Shown piece after piece: positions 1 through 11,163 of a stretch of DNA of 64,000 nt. Source of the DNA: Eledone cirrhosa (Eukaryota). How positions within the stretch are numbered: the stretch's first letter is position 1; each line of letters starts with the position of its first letter. The stretch covers positions 60,326,001-60,390,000 of the forward strand of contig OZ024747.1 of assembly GCA_964016885.1 (NCBI GenBank), written 5' to 3'. The translations under genes and the position numbers were made by a program. The notes under the pieces were generated by a model. That model searched no databases. It saw only the letters and a program-made list of their open reading frames with translations, and was not told where the DNA came from.

Positions 1-294
1 GTGAGGAAGAAGGAGACAAGTCCCAGATTTCTATGAATTTAAGTTCGGTGAAATCGTGAACGAGAGAATAAAGACCATCAAACCTGGTTGAAATGTGAGC
101 AAGGAAGGAATTTCGCACAGGTCTAACGGGAGGAAGAAGGGGTCTGGTCTGCGAATTCGGTGAACATAAGTTCTGTGAAATCGTAGACGAGAGAGAAAAA
201 GAGCTCCAGCTGTTTCGACGGCTAGATCCAAAAGCTCAGCCATCGGGGTCCTGATTCTTCTCCAGTACTCTGGTGTCTTACCACACCTTCTTTG

Positions 295-332
<38 letters not shown>

Positions 333-379
333 ACATACATACACATACATACACACACACACACACATATATAATATAA

Positions 380-598
380 TGGAACGATCGACTTTCGTCA
401 AATCGGACCGAGGGAACAATGTTTCCGTTGGTCTCTCCAATTGCTAATACTATCTATCGGTCGCAACTCCAGGTAGAAGGAGCAACGTGAAATAAAGTGT
501 CTTGCTCAAGGACATAACGCATCGCATGGTCCAGGAATCAAACTCACAACCTTACGATTGCGAATCCAATTCTCTAACCACTCAGCCACACACCTTCA
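380..598 (-). mobile_element. tRNA-derived SINE, family B (CORE-like central box)
   Basis: Minus strand starts GAAGGTGTGTGGCTGAGTGGTTAG (A box), then GAGTTTGATTCC (B box), then GTCCTTGAGCAAGACACTTTATTTCAC. Near-identical copy at 12913-13130. Confidence 0.8.
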
Positions 599-637
599 AA
601 CATATATATATATATATATTATTATTACTATTATATA

Positions 638-830
638 AGGCGGTGGATTGGCAGTATCGGTAGAGGGTCGGATGCCATGCTTTGAAGCATAGAGTTACCT
701 CCCTTTATGATCTGAGTTCAAATCCCGCCGAGGTTAACTTTGCCTTTCATCCTTCCGGGGTCGATAGAATAAAGTACCAGTAATGCACTGGGTAATTGCT
801 GGCCTTATGCCAAAAGTAGAAACAATTATT
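638..830 (+). mobile_element. tRNA-derived SINE, family A (Meta/MESC-like central domain, (ATT)n tail)
   Basis: TGGCAGTATCGG A box, GAGTTCAAATCC B box, GCCTTTCATCCTTCCGGGGTCGATA...AAGTACCAG core, GTAGAAACAATTATT end. More than 20 copies in the window. Confidence 0.85.
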
Positions 831-881
831 ATTATTATATATATATACATTATTATTATTATTATTATTATTATTATAAGG

Positions 882-2148
882 GGATGCTCTGGAGAGGAGC
901 AATTATAGGGGTATAAAACTGATGGATCAGGTTATGAAAGTGGCAGAAAGGATATTAGCAGAACTAATTAGAGAAAGGGTCAAATTAGATGAGATGCAGT
1001 TTGGTTTTGTGCCTGGGAAAAGTACAACAGATGCCCTCTTCTTGGTGAGACAATTGCAAGAGAGGCTCTTAGAGAAGAATAAGCCACTATACTTAGCCTT
1101 TGTTGACCTAGAGAAGGCCTTTGATAGGGTACCCCGATCTGTCATCTGGTGGGCCCTAAGGAAACTAGGTGTTGAGGAATGGCTTGTGAGGACAGTGCAA
1201 ACTTTTTACAGAGGTGCTGTCAGTAAAGTCAGGGTAGGAATGGAGTTTAGTGAGGAATTCCAGATACAAGTAGGAGTACATCAAGGTTCGGTCCTCAGCC
1301 CGCTCTTGTTCATTATAGTCCTCCAAGCCATAACAGAGGAGTTTAAGACTGGCTATTCATGGGAACTTCTCTATGCTGACGAATCTGGTTCTTATAGCCA
1401 GAATCAGTAGAGGAGCTAGAGAATAAATTCTGGCTATGGAAACAGCAGTTGGAAGCAAGAGGACTGAGAGTGAATCTAGCTAAGACAAAAGTGTTGATGA
1501 GTAGAAAAGAGGACAAAACTCTGATTCCATCAGGGAAATGGCCATGTTCGATATGCAGAAAAGGAACTGGCATAAATTCTATAAAATGCACACAATGCAG
1601 ATCTTGGGTACACAAGAGATGTAGTGAGATAGCAAGCAAACAAACAGGTAGGGAGAAATATGTATGCAGTAGATGTACAGGGAAATTAGACAGTAGAAGT
1701 CGCATTGATAGACACATTTTTCAAATGCAGGTGGGTGCTATAGAAGTGGTTGATAGCTTGCGGTACCTAGGAGATCAGATTATCATGGGAGGGGGATGTT
1801 CCGAGGCCATAGTATCTAGAATAAGGATGGGTTGGAAGAAGTTTAGGGAGCTGCTTCCCTGGGAAGGATAGATTGTAGTGTGCGAATGAGTAGACTTCGA
1901 TGGTATGGACATGTGATGCGCGTGGAGGATGACCGCTAGGTAAAGAAGTGCCAAGAAATCCCAGTAGAAGGAAGATGCAGTAGAGGTAGACCATGAAAAA
2001 CATGTGTGGAGGTGGTGAGAGCAGACCTCAGATCACTGAAGCTCATGGTGGAGATGACGAAGGACCGTGACAAGTGGAGAGATGCTGTGCTGAATAGGAC
2101 CCGTCCTACCCTTGCAAGCAGGGAGAAGCGGACGTAAAATGATGATGA
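882..2148 (+). mobile_element. 5'-truncated, disrupted RTE-clade LINE (RT domain, Cys/His finger, 3' end)
   Basis: NYRGIKL, QFGF, AFVDLEKAFD, GVHQGSVLSP and YAD(D) RT motifs (ORF 922-1410). Second ORF 1449-1871 has CxxC...CxxC..WVHKRC. RLRWYGHV and GRP..TW remnants follow, ending GGACGTAAAATGATGATGAT. +1 frameshift at ~1382 and internal deletion at ~1861. Confidence 0.92.
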
Positions 2149-2176
2149 TATATTATTATTATTATTATTATTATAA

Positions 2177-2370
2177 GGGTGGTGGATTGGCAGTATCGGT
2201 AGAGGGTCGGACGCCATGCTTTGACGCATACAGTTACAGCCCTTGCCATTCTGATTTCAAATCCCGCCGAGGTTAACTTTGCTTTTCATCCTTACGGGGT
2301 CGATAAAATAAAGTACCAGTAATGCACTGGGATAATTGCTGGCCTTGTGCCAAAGGTAGAAACAATTATT
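2177..2370 (+). mobile_element. SINE family A
   Basis: Same A/B boxes and core as 638-830. Confidence 0.85.
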
Positions 2371-2460
2371 ATTATTATTACATCAACAGTATATTTTCTG
2401 AATACACATGTTTCACTCGGAGAATCTAAATAGACCCTCTCAGTTCATCAGTTCTGCTAT

Positions 2461-3306
2461 CATCATCATCATCGTTTAACATCCATCTTCCACGCTTGCA
2501 TGGATTTGAACGGGAGTTTTCCCACTTGAGGCAAGAGTGGTTGCTTGCTCGCATAGGACTGTCTGGCGGGTTTTCTACGGCTGGATGCCCTTCCCAACAC
2601 CAACCAGGTTTACAGTGTGGACTGGGAGGTTTTTACTGTGTTACATACACGGCCACATTACAGAGTGGACTGTGTGTTTTTTTTGTCGTGACACCTACAC
2701 GACCTCATTTGTTTCGGACTGGCTGTTGTGGTACCAACAGAACTTTACATTGAAAGGGGTGTATTTTTGTTAGAGGTGCCTACTGACTGTAATAGGTTAC
2801 ACTTTGTACTTAGGTAAGGCGGATCTTCTGTATTACTGTGTAGCGCCAAAGATCTCGGTCCAGTGACATTGTCTTGGAGAGGTGTAAGTCTGTGAGGTCG
2901 GAATTTATCAAGTCGTCCCAGGTTTTTCTGGGTCTGCCTACTCCGTGGCTACCGTCTATTTTTATTGCCCTGCACTTTTTTATACAGCTGTCGTCTTTCA
3001 TGCGCATCACGTGACCATACCAACGTAGTCTTCTCTCGAGTAAACAACATCTGATCCCTCTTATTTCTAATTTTTCCCTTAGTTCGTTTATGCTTTGCCG
3101 TTCACATATATTACTATTACACATCCAGCGGAGCATGCAAGCTTCGTTCCTCTCCAGTCTGCGTATATCCTCTGCACACAATGCCCAGGTCTCACTGCCA
3201 TGTAACATTGCTGTTCGTATGCAGGCATCATACAGCCTACCTTTCATTTTTAGAGAGAACCCTTTAGCGGCTAATAGTGGTATAAGCTCTCTGAACTTTT
3301 TCCATC
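2461..3306 (-). mobile_element. 5'-truncated RTE-clade LINE (ORF2 C-terminus and 3' UTR)
   Basis: ORF 2810-3247: KGRLYDACIRTAMLHGSETW...RRLRWYGHVMRM...GRPRKTW. 3' UTR ends GTTAAACGATGATGATG. Confidence 0.92.
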
Positions 3307-3348
3307 CAGAGAGCTTATACCACTATTAGCCGCTAAAGGGTTCTCTCT
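3252..3348. repeat. Perfect 42-bp inverted repeat with 13-nt loop at the LINE 5' truncation point
   Basis: AGAGAGAACCCTTTAGCGGCTAATAGTGGTATAAGCTCTCTG (3252-3293) and its reverse complement (3307-3348). Confidence 0.9.
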
Positions 3349-3464
3349 TTTGAAATGAACTCTGGCAAAACACATAACTCTTGGATTGAATACTCTACCT
3401 ATTTGGATATTTATTCAAAAATTCAACTACCCACTTAGATACACTCACACACACACACACATAT

Positions 3465-3700
3465 ATCATCATCATTATTTAGCGTCCATTTTCCATGCTA
3501 GCATGGGTTAGACAGGCTGTCCCATTTGAAGCAAGTCTGGTCAGGTAACCATGTCTTGCTCATATAGAACTGCTTTTGGCTAGATTTCTATGGCTGGATG
3601 CTCTTCTTAACACCAACCATATTTACAGTGTGTGCTGGGTGCTTTTTTCATTACTCCTACACAACCCCATATTTATAGTGTGTGCTGGGTGATTTTAGTG
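3465..3700 (-). mobile_element. Diverged RTE 3' UTR fragment
   Basis: CATCATC...GCGTCCATTTTCCATGCTAGCATGG and GGCTGGATGCTCTTCTTAACACCAACC, shared with the other RTE tails. Confidence 0.7.
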
Positions 3701-3855
3701 TAGTGATAAATCAAGGTTATATCCAAAGTTGGTAGAGCACTCAGTTTAAAGGATGAGTTTGGTGTAGAGATGTGAAATCAACTCTCTCTTTCTCTCCCTG
3801 TGTATATATAATGGACGCATGTGTATGTGTGTATACATATATTTATATATATATA

Positions 3856-3890
<35 letters not shown>

Positions 3891-3893
<3 letters not shown>

Positions 3894-4188
3894 CAGAAGG
3901 GATATTTAATTTGTTGGAAATTCAACAAATATAAATGTTTATAACTGATTCAGAGCACTTGACAAGTTTTCTGGAGTAAATATTCAATGATATTAAATAT
4001 ACTATCCAAGGAAAATTCAACTGATAAGGTATGTTCCTTGGGTATGTTCCTTGGGTATGTCAAAATTTATAAAACACACTTTGTATTTTATCTGATGAAA
4101 GCGTACTAAAGTTTTTGGTACCCTTGAAATATATATAATAGAATAAATATGGTTTTATAAATATAGTTTCCATTTATTTATTTAATAT

Positions 4189-4195
<7 letters not shown>
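3891..4195 (+). mobile_element. Non-autonomous Penelope-like fragment with inverted segment and hammerhead motif
   Basis: Flanked by (TA)n. 3891-3999 is the reverse complement of ~60404-60512, and 4064-4195 matches ~60291-60422. Confidence 0.65.
4088..4141 (+). ncRNA. Minimal type-I hammerhead ribozyme candidate
   Basis: TTAT-CTGATGA-AAGCGTACT(loop)GGTACCCTT-GAAA-TATATA-TA^ATAG, then AATAAA. Core intact, stem III palindromic. Confidence 0.75.
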
Positions 4196-4243
<48 letters not shown>

Positions 4244-4379
4244 CGTGTGTGTGTGAGATATATAGATTGGTAATGTTATTGATTTCTCTAGTCTGCGTTT
4301 GTTTTAGTGGAACTGAAACCAATCATATGGAACTGTTCTTATCTATGTAACCATATATACTATATATATACTACTATCT

Positions 4380-4733
4380 ACTGACTTTCTGCCATCTCTG
4401 ATTATATAACCTCTCTCCCTCTCTCTATGCTTATATTAACACTACCACTCCTTCTCTCTATATCTATATATGAACTCTAGCCCCCCCCCCCCTCTCTCTC
4501 TCTGTATATATATATCCATACCAAATCTAACCCCTCCCTCATTGTTTATATACATGTCAAATCTAACCCCTCCTTCTATACAACTATATAAAAACTACCC
4601 CTCCCTCTATCTATGTCCATATCCACTCTAACCCCTCCTTCTATCAAATATAACCCCCTCCCTCCCTCCCTCTCGCTATGTCTATAACATTTCTAACCCT
4701 CCCCTTTCTCTATCTCCATAAGAATTCTACCTC

Positions 4734-4828
<95 letters not shown>

Positions 4829-5114
4829 TCTACCCCTCCCGCTATATAACCATATCAACTCTCCCCCTTCCTCTCTCTGCCTAACAACACTAGCCATACC
4901 TCCCTCTCTATATATCTATATCACATCTATTCCACCCTCTCTATATGTCTATATCTCTTCTACTCCTCCCTCTATTTGTCTGTATAAACTCTACCCCTCC
5001 CTCTGTTTGACTATATTACCTCTACCTCTACCTCTTTATCACATCTACCATTTCATTATATATCTATATCAACTCTAATCTCTCACTTTATCTATGTTTA
5101 TATTATTTCTACCA

Positions 5115-5167
<53 letters not shown>

Positions 5168-5259
5168 TTCATCCCTATCCTTCCCTCCCTATGTCTATAT
5201 CAAGTCTGTCTTCTTTCTACATTTATATTAACTCCAGTCCCCTATTTATCCCCCCCCCC

Positions 5260-5295
<36 letters not shown>
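4380..5295. repeat. Degenerate CT/TA-rich low-complexity tract with (CT)n and (TA)n
   Basis: Directly visible. Confidence 0.8.
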
Positions 5296-5296
<1 letters not shown>

Positions 5297-5830
5297 GCCA
5301 CGGAATAGGCAGACCTAGAAAAACCTGGGACGAGCTGATAAACTCCGACCTCACACACTTACACCTCTCCAAGACAATGTCACTGGACCGAGACCTTTGG
5401 CGGTACTCAGTAACAGAGAAGACCCGCCTTACCTAAATACATAGTAAAACCTACTACAGTCAGTAGGCATCTCTAACAAAATACACCCCCGTCCCACCAC
5501 CCCCACCCCATCCACACCGCCCCCTTCTATGTAAAGTTATGTTGGTGCCACACCATCCAGGCCGAAACAAATGAGATTGTGTAGGTGTCACGACAAAAAA
5601 ACACACAGTCCACGCTGTAATGTGGCCGTGTAGGCAACACGGTAAAAACCTCCCAGACCCACACTGTAAATGTGGTTGGTGTTAGGAAGGGCATCCAGCT
5701 GTAGAAAACCCGCCAGACAGTCCTATGCGAGCAAGACAATCACTCTTGCCTCAAGTGGGAAAACCCCCGTCCAAACCCATGCAAGCGTGGAACACGGACG
5801 TTAAACGTTGATGATGATGATGATGATGAT
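5296..5830 (+). mobile_element. RTE LINE 3' end
   Basis: SHGIGRPRKTWDELINSDL...KTRLT*, with 3' UTR and (GAT)n tail. Same family as 2461-2950. Confidence 0.88.
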
Positions 5831-6226
5831 ATATATATATATGGAAAATAATAAGGATTTGAAGATGTTATACTGATGTAACATTTAATATTTACAATAT
5901 GCAACGAAGAAGAAATTATTTCATACAAAATATAAATTAGTTTTTTTTTCTTAAGATATAAGTAGGTTTTCAGAAATAATCATGATTATCTAAATAGTTT
6001 TGCTCTAAGTAGCTTTTCAAAGTTCCACAAAACTATGTCCTCCATATGTTGTGTTTTTTAGTTTACGGTTGGCTTTGGGAAAGTTAACCTGCTTTAGAAA
6101 ACCAAACCAAAGATAGAACTTATGAACAAATATGGTCACCTGACCTGTTAGCCTCCTAACATAACAGCTCATCTAATCCATGAAAGAGAAGTACTCTGTT
6201 GCCAGCAGAGCTAACAGCTTCTTTAA

Positions 6227-6446
6227 CCCTTTAGCATTCACATTACTCTATATATACTATTATATTTTCATGGTAAAGGCTTTACCTTACATAATTATCT
6301 CACATAATATCGAATCTATGAAATTTTGAAAGTATTTATTTTGAGAACAATACCTTAAAATCAGTATGAGTGGCCAATTACAGCCAGTTTCAAAAGAAAA
6401 AGGTAGAGAATTCTGGCCAGTTTTGGATGGTTTGAACATTAAAGGG
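6227..6446 (+). mobile_element. piggyBac-type MITE, family 1
   Basis: TTAA|CCCTTTAGCATT...ACATTAAAGGG|TTAA, with TTAA target duplication and CCC/GGG termini. Confidence 0.8.
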
Positions 6447-6469
6447 TTAACCCTGTTCCCACCCTGGCT

Positions 6470-6985
6470 ACGTTACATTTAATACCTCCCTTTCCATTGC
6501 TAATAAGCTCTCTACAACTTCTAATGAGCTTGCCGAGCATTTGTGGGAGTTAATTTCTTAAGTACTCTAACTGCTGTCAACTTCTGTACACCTATCACAT
6601 CTGAACCTTCTATGTCAGTTCACCTGTGAACCCACTGCCTCTCTTGTGTATCCACACAGGCTACACTATATTGAGTTTTTACCTACTGCTTTTTGGTATA
6701 TTCAGCATTGCCATTTACCTGATAATATTAGAGTCCTATCCTCTTTCCTAATTACTAAACCTTTTGCTAGGATTACTTTGAGGTCCTTTGATTCCAGTTT
6801 TTGTTTTCATATCTGGAATCTCTTCTCTAGTTCTTCTATAGTTTCCTTTTTTGAGGGCTAGATCATCAGCATATAAATATTTCCATGGACATCCAGTCTT
6901 CAATTCCTCTGTTATGGCCCATAGTATCCTAATCAACAGGAAGAGACCTGAGAACTGATTCTCTGTGATCTCCTACCTGCATATT
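6470..6985 (-). mobile_element. Decayed RTE RT fragment
   Basis: AITEELKTGCPWKYLYADDLAL, homologous to the RT at 1330-1400. Confidence 0.8.
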
Positions 6986-7064
6986 CACACATACACACAC
7001 ACATATATGGGGCAGGGTATGTGTTTGGGTGTGTGTATCGATATTTATATTTTGTTTATGGCAA

Positions 7065-7262
7065 AAGCAGTGGATTGACAGTATCAGTAGAGCATCAGAC
7101 AACATGCTTTATGGCATAGGGTTACGCTTCTTCATGATCTGAGTTCAAATCTCACCAAGGTTAACTTTGCCTTTCATCCGTACCAGTAATACACTGGAGC
7201 CCATTTAATCAACTTTCCCTTTCCCCAATTTGTTGGCCTTGTGCCTAAATCAGAAAACAATA
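7065..7262 (+). mobile_element. SINE family A (diverged)
   Basis: GAGTTCAAATCTCACCAAGGTTAACTTTGCCTTTCATCC. Confidence 0.75.
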
Positions 7263-7469
7263 TTTTGTTTGTGGCTTCTCAGAAGAGGTGTTTATGCCAG
7301 AACTATAAATAGTTCAATTGTATTTTATTTGTAAATCAAATGGTGAATAATAAAAACAAAACATCTAGAAATAAAGAAAATAATAGTATTGTTTGTATTC
7401 CAATGAATACCTTTATCAGAATGGTGTTATTACTTTGGAAGATTTCCCAAAGAATTTAAAAGCTGAAGC

Positions 7470-7855
7470 TTAACACTTTTGTTGCCATATTTCTAAACAA
7501 AGAAGACACTTCTTATGATTTTCAAATCATTTAAAATGCATAAAATAGTTAGAGGGATTTAATAATATAATTTACTATCTCAGTATTAAGCTGATATCTG
7601 GAGCATAATGTAACAAAGCTTCTGATATAAAATTATGATGGAAAATCTTTAAATAAATATTAACACTTTAAAATAGATGTTGTTATATTGTAGAAGCAGT
7701 GGGCAGTTTCAGGTGGTTTGACATCAAAAGGGTTAGAATAACTCCCCTTATATACCACTTCTTTCCTCTTAGCTTGATATCCCTGGTATATAATCCTTTT
7801 GATACCAAACCACCTGAAACCATCCTTGGTTCTATGATATAAAACTGTTTGTCTT
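7470..7855. mobile_element. piggyBac-type MITE family 2 (diverged) plus an inverted terminal fragment
   Basis: TTAACACTTTTGTTGCCATATTTC...GGTGGTTTGACATCAAAAGGGTTA, then CCTTTTGATACCAAACCACCTGAAAC (the same end, inverted). Confidence 0.6.
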
Positions 7856-7942
7856 ATCATTCATCATCATCATCATTTATTGTCCATTCTTCTATGTTAG
7901 CATGATTAAACCAATAACAATATCATATTTTCTGTCAAATAG

Positions 7943-8016
7943 AACATTTTGTCCTCCTTCATTCACAAGAATATTCCCAAACTAAAGGAAGAGATTTCCC
8001 AGCCTATCATTATATT
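7943..8016 (+). other. Exon-like segment, copy 1 (NILSSFIHKNIPKLKEEISQPIII)
   Basis: ttttctgtcaaatAG acceptor, GTAAGT donor, open frame. Paralogous to 9792-9864. Confidence 0.3.
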
Positions 8017-8044
8017 GTAAGTGATCAATTAATCAATCAATGAC

Positions 8045-8555
8045 ATCATTATCATCACCATTTAATGTCCATGTGTTAGATGAGTTGCACCATTGTGAGA
8101 CAAGCTAGGTCTGATGACCATGACATGCTCATACAGGACTGCTGGTGGGTTGGTTTCTACAGCTGGATGCCCTTCCTAACACCAACCACATTTACAGTGT
8201 GTGCTGCTTGATTTTTGTCATGACACTTACACAACCACTTTACAGTGTAGACTTGGCACTTTTTGATGTGTCACCATCACAATCACTTTACAGTGTGTGC
8301 TGGGCACTTGTTGCCATGTCGCATTCACGACCACTTTACAGTGTGGGCTGGGGGCTTTTTGTCATGTCACTTATGTAATCACTTTACAGTGTGGGCTGGG
8401 TGTTTTTTGTCATGTCAGCTACACAAGCACTTTACAGTGTGGGCTGGGTGTTTTTTGTCATGTCACCTACACAAGCACTTTACAGTGTGTGCTGGGTGCA
8501 TTTTGTAGTGTCACAAACTCGACCACTTTACAATGTAGGCTGGGCACTTTTTGAT
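8045..8555 (-). mobile_element. RTE 3' UTR with about 9 tandem ~42-bp units
   Basis: Repeated ACCACTTTACAGTGTGGGCTGGGTGCTTTTTGTCATGTCACC-type units after GGATGCCCTTCCTAACACCAACC. Confidence 0.75.
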
Positions 8556-9054
8556 GTTTCTTAACTTTTTGATGTTTCATAATTTCATGCTTGAACTTGT
8601 GTTAATTTGTTCTAAACATCAGCTTAATAATAAATTATGTTACCAAATCCTTGCAAATTCTTGATTATTCTCAAAATTATTTGTAAATCATGGGCAGTGT
8701 ATTCTATTTGAAATATGGTAATGAAAGGTGCATCTCTTCTGATAGCAAACCATCTAAAATTGCTTGAAACTGACTCTGGTTCTATGATTCAAAATGTTTT
8801 ATTTAAAGTCTTCATATTCATTTAAAAGCATTACAGCATAATTTTCAGAACCTTTTGTTATGATTCAAATACCAGCTTGAAAAAAAACAACACAGAGAAA
8901 GAGAGAGGGGGGGGGGGGGAGTCATATTACTAAACCCCTCCATGTTCTTCATTATTTTCCAAACGATTTAAAAATTATAGACAGAATCCTTCATTAGAAA
9001 ATGGTAGAAATTGGAATGGATGGAATCAAATGAATCTTCATTGGCTTTGGAGAT

Positions 9055-9215
9055 GACTGTTCCAGTTGTTTCATCAACACTACAGCCTACTCATGAAATT
9101 AACGTTCAAGTGGCTGAGCATTCTACAAATACATGTGCCCCCAATATAGTTCTCAGGGGGATTCGGTGTGATACAGTGTGTGACAAAGCTAATCATTTGA
9201 CTTACAAATACAATC
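9055..9215 (-). mobile_element. SINE family B, 3' part
   Basis: CAAGTGGCTGAGCATTC...GTGTGACAA is the reverse complement of 17675-17790. Confidence 0.65.
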
Positions 9216-9629
9216 TATGTGACCTTATACCACACCAACACCAACATATTAAGATAACATTCAACTACAAAACACCACATGAAGATAAAGCATCATAAAA
9301 AAAATGGCGACTGTAAAATTCAATTGCTCAGTGGAATGATATCTGTGCAAATATTAACTGACCAATCACAATATATATATAAATTTGAGCGACTTCCGTC
9401 CATCCATCACAGTGTGTATGTGTGTGTTTCAGTGAATGTATGCGTATGTGTAAATGGAAGGAAGGGGATGTTGAAAAAACTGTAACAAAACAGCGGCTGG
9501 TATTTCATTTGCTACGGCGTGTATGAGTGTATGCCTGTGTTTGTGTTTGTGTGAATGTATGTCTGTGAGTGTGTATTTTTGTAAGTCTGTCTTAGTTTGC
9601 ACGTTTATATTTATATACTCATACATATA

Positions 9630-9742
9630 AATATATGCATATACACATATACATATACATATACACATATACATATACACATATACATATACACATATAC
9701 ATATACACATATACATATACACATATACATATACACATATGC
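9630..9742. repeat. (ACATAT)n microsatellite
   Basis: Directly visible. Confidence 0.9.
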
Positions 9743-9791
9743 ATCAATATGTTGGAAAAAGCCCTGGTATCATATATTTTCTGTCAAATAG

Positions 9792-9864
9792 AACATTTGT
9801 CCTCCTTCATTGACAAGAACATTCCTAAATTAAAGGAAGAGATATATAAGCCTATCATTATATT
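9792..9864 (+). other. Exon-like segment, copy 2 (HLSSFIDKNIPKLKEEIYKPIII)
   Basis: ttttctgtcaaatAG acceptor, GTAAGT donor. Paralogous to 7943-8016. Confidence 0.3.
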
Positions 9865-9894
9865 GTAAGTTATCAATCAACCTGTGGATGACAT

Positions 9895-10220
9895 CAACAT
9901 CACCACCATTTAATATCCATTTTTCCACACTAGTGTTGGTTAGAGGAGTTATCTCATTGTGAGATAAGCAAGGTCAGTTGACCATATCTTGCACTTACAA
10001 ATCTGATTTTGGCTTGGCTTCTATGGCTGGTTTCCCTTCCTAACACCCAACCACATTTACAGTGTGCTGGGTGCTTTTTGTCATGTCCACTTTACAGTGT
10101 GGGCTGGGTACTTTTTGTCATATCACCTACATGACCACTTTACAGTGTGGGCTGGGTGCTTTTGGTCGTGTCACCAACATGACCACTTTACAGTGTTGGA
10201 TGTGTGGCTTTTGTCATGAT
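9895..10220 (-). mobile_element. RTE 3' UTR fragment
   Basis: Same motifs as 8045-8555, and part of the local duplication. Confidence 0.7.
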
Positions 10221-10347
10221 GTATTTTGAAATTTCTCTGTTTCTTTGGCAGAATCTGTTGATGTAAATCTTTACAAACTGTTCCAATTTATGAAAATATT
10301 TCTCTGCTTGCAGCATACATCCCCCCACCACATCATCAATTGGTCAT

Positions 10348-11163
10348 TAACCATTTCATTACCATAATTCAAATGAAAGACACTGTCTGTGGTCTTCAAA
10401 TCATTTTTAAAATAAGGCAGAATTTGAAGAAATTTAGTAATGTAACTAATTTTCTTATGATTAACCTGATGTAAAAGAATGGTGGATTGGTAGAATTGTT
10501 AGAACGTCAGACAAAATATTTTACAGCATTTAGTTATGAGAATTTAATGTTCTGAGTTCAAATCTGACCATTGTCAACATTGTCTTTCATTCTTGTGAGG
10601 TCGATAACATAAAATAACAGTCATGTATAGGGTTGATTCTTCCTCTTTCTCACTTCATCTCTATCATAGTTTCTTTTCATTCTCAGTATAATCAACTTCC
10701 CCTCTCAACAAAGGTGCTTGCCTTCTACCTAAATAAGAAATCACTAAAAAGTGGGTGTTTGGAACATAACTTAACAAAGGCTCTTACATGAAATTATAAT
10801 GGAAGGTTTCTAGATAACTTTAAACACTTTAAAATAAAACTTACTTTCATAAAACCAGATGCAGTTTCAGATTGTTTAGCATCAAACTGGTTAAACAGTG
10901 TCATATTTTCTTTAACGGTTTCCTTAATATATTTTAAATAAAACACTGCCTATGATTTCCAAATTATTTTGGAGCATTTGGAATGATTTCATAATATAAC
11001 TAAATTTGTCATTATTAAGCTGGTGTTTGGAATGTAATAAATCTTAGATTCTTACAAATAATTATGATGGAACGTTCTTAGATAAATATAAACACATTAA
11101 AACAAACATCTTAGTATCATAGAACTAAGGCAAGTTTCAGGCAGTTTGGTATCAAAATGGTTG
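10348..11163 (+). mobile_element. Two diverged piggyBac-type MITE family 2 copies, the first interrupted by an old SINE A (~10480-10745)
   Basis: TTAACCATTTCATTACCATA... and ...GTTTGGTATCAAAATGGTT termini. CTGAGTTCAAATC...TTTCATTCTTGTGAGGTCGATAA lies inside the first copy. Confidence 0.55.

Noticed and set aside
31-300. ORF MAELLDLAVET... and a hammerhead-like GATGGCT/AGCCGTC-GAAA-CAGCTG on the minus strand
   Set aside because: No recognisable protein motif. The ribozyme reading lacks an adjacent CUGANGA and a UH triplet. The segment is cut by the window edge.
638-730. tRNA genes at A/B-box-containing sequences
   Set aside because: All continue into SINE bodies and are multi-copy. No complete cloverleaf is seen.
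7420-7473. Possible exon NGVITLEDFPKNLKAEA with an EF-hand-like look
   Set aside because: Too short, no donor site and no supporting neighbouring exons.
8180-8555. CRISPR-like array of 42-bp units
   Set aside because: The units are degenerate copies over their full length with no unique spacers. They lie in a LINE 3' UTR and there are no cas genes.
9770-9824. Minus-strand reading NVLVNEGGQ as a kinase catalytic-loop exon
   Set aside because: No DFG follows, a stop comes soon after, and the paralog lacks the AG acceptor.
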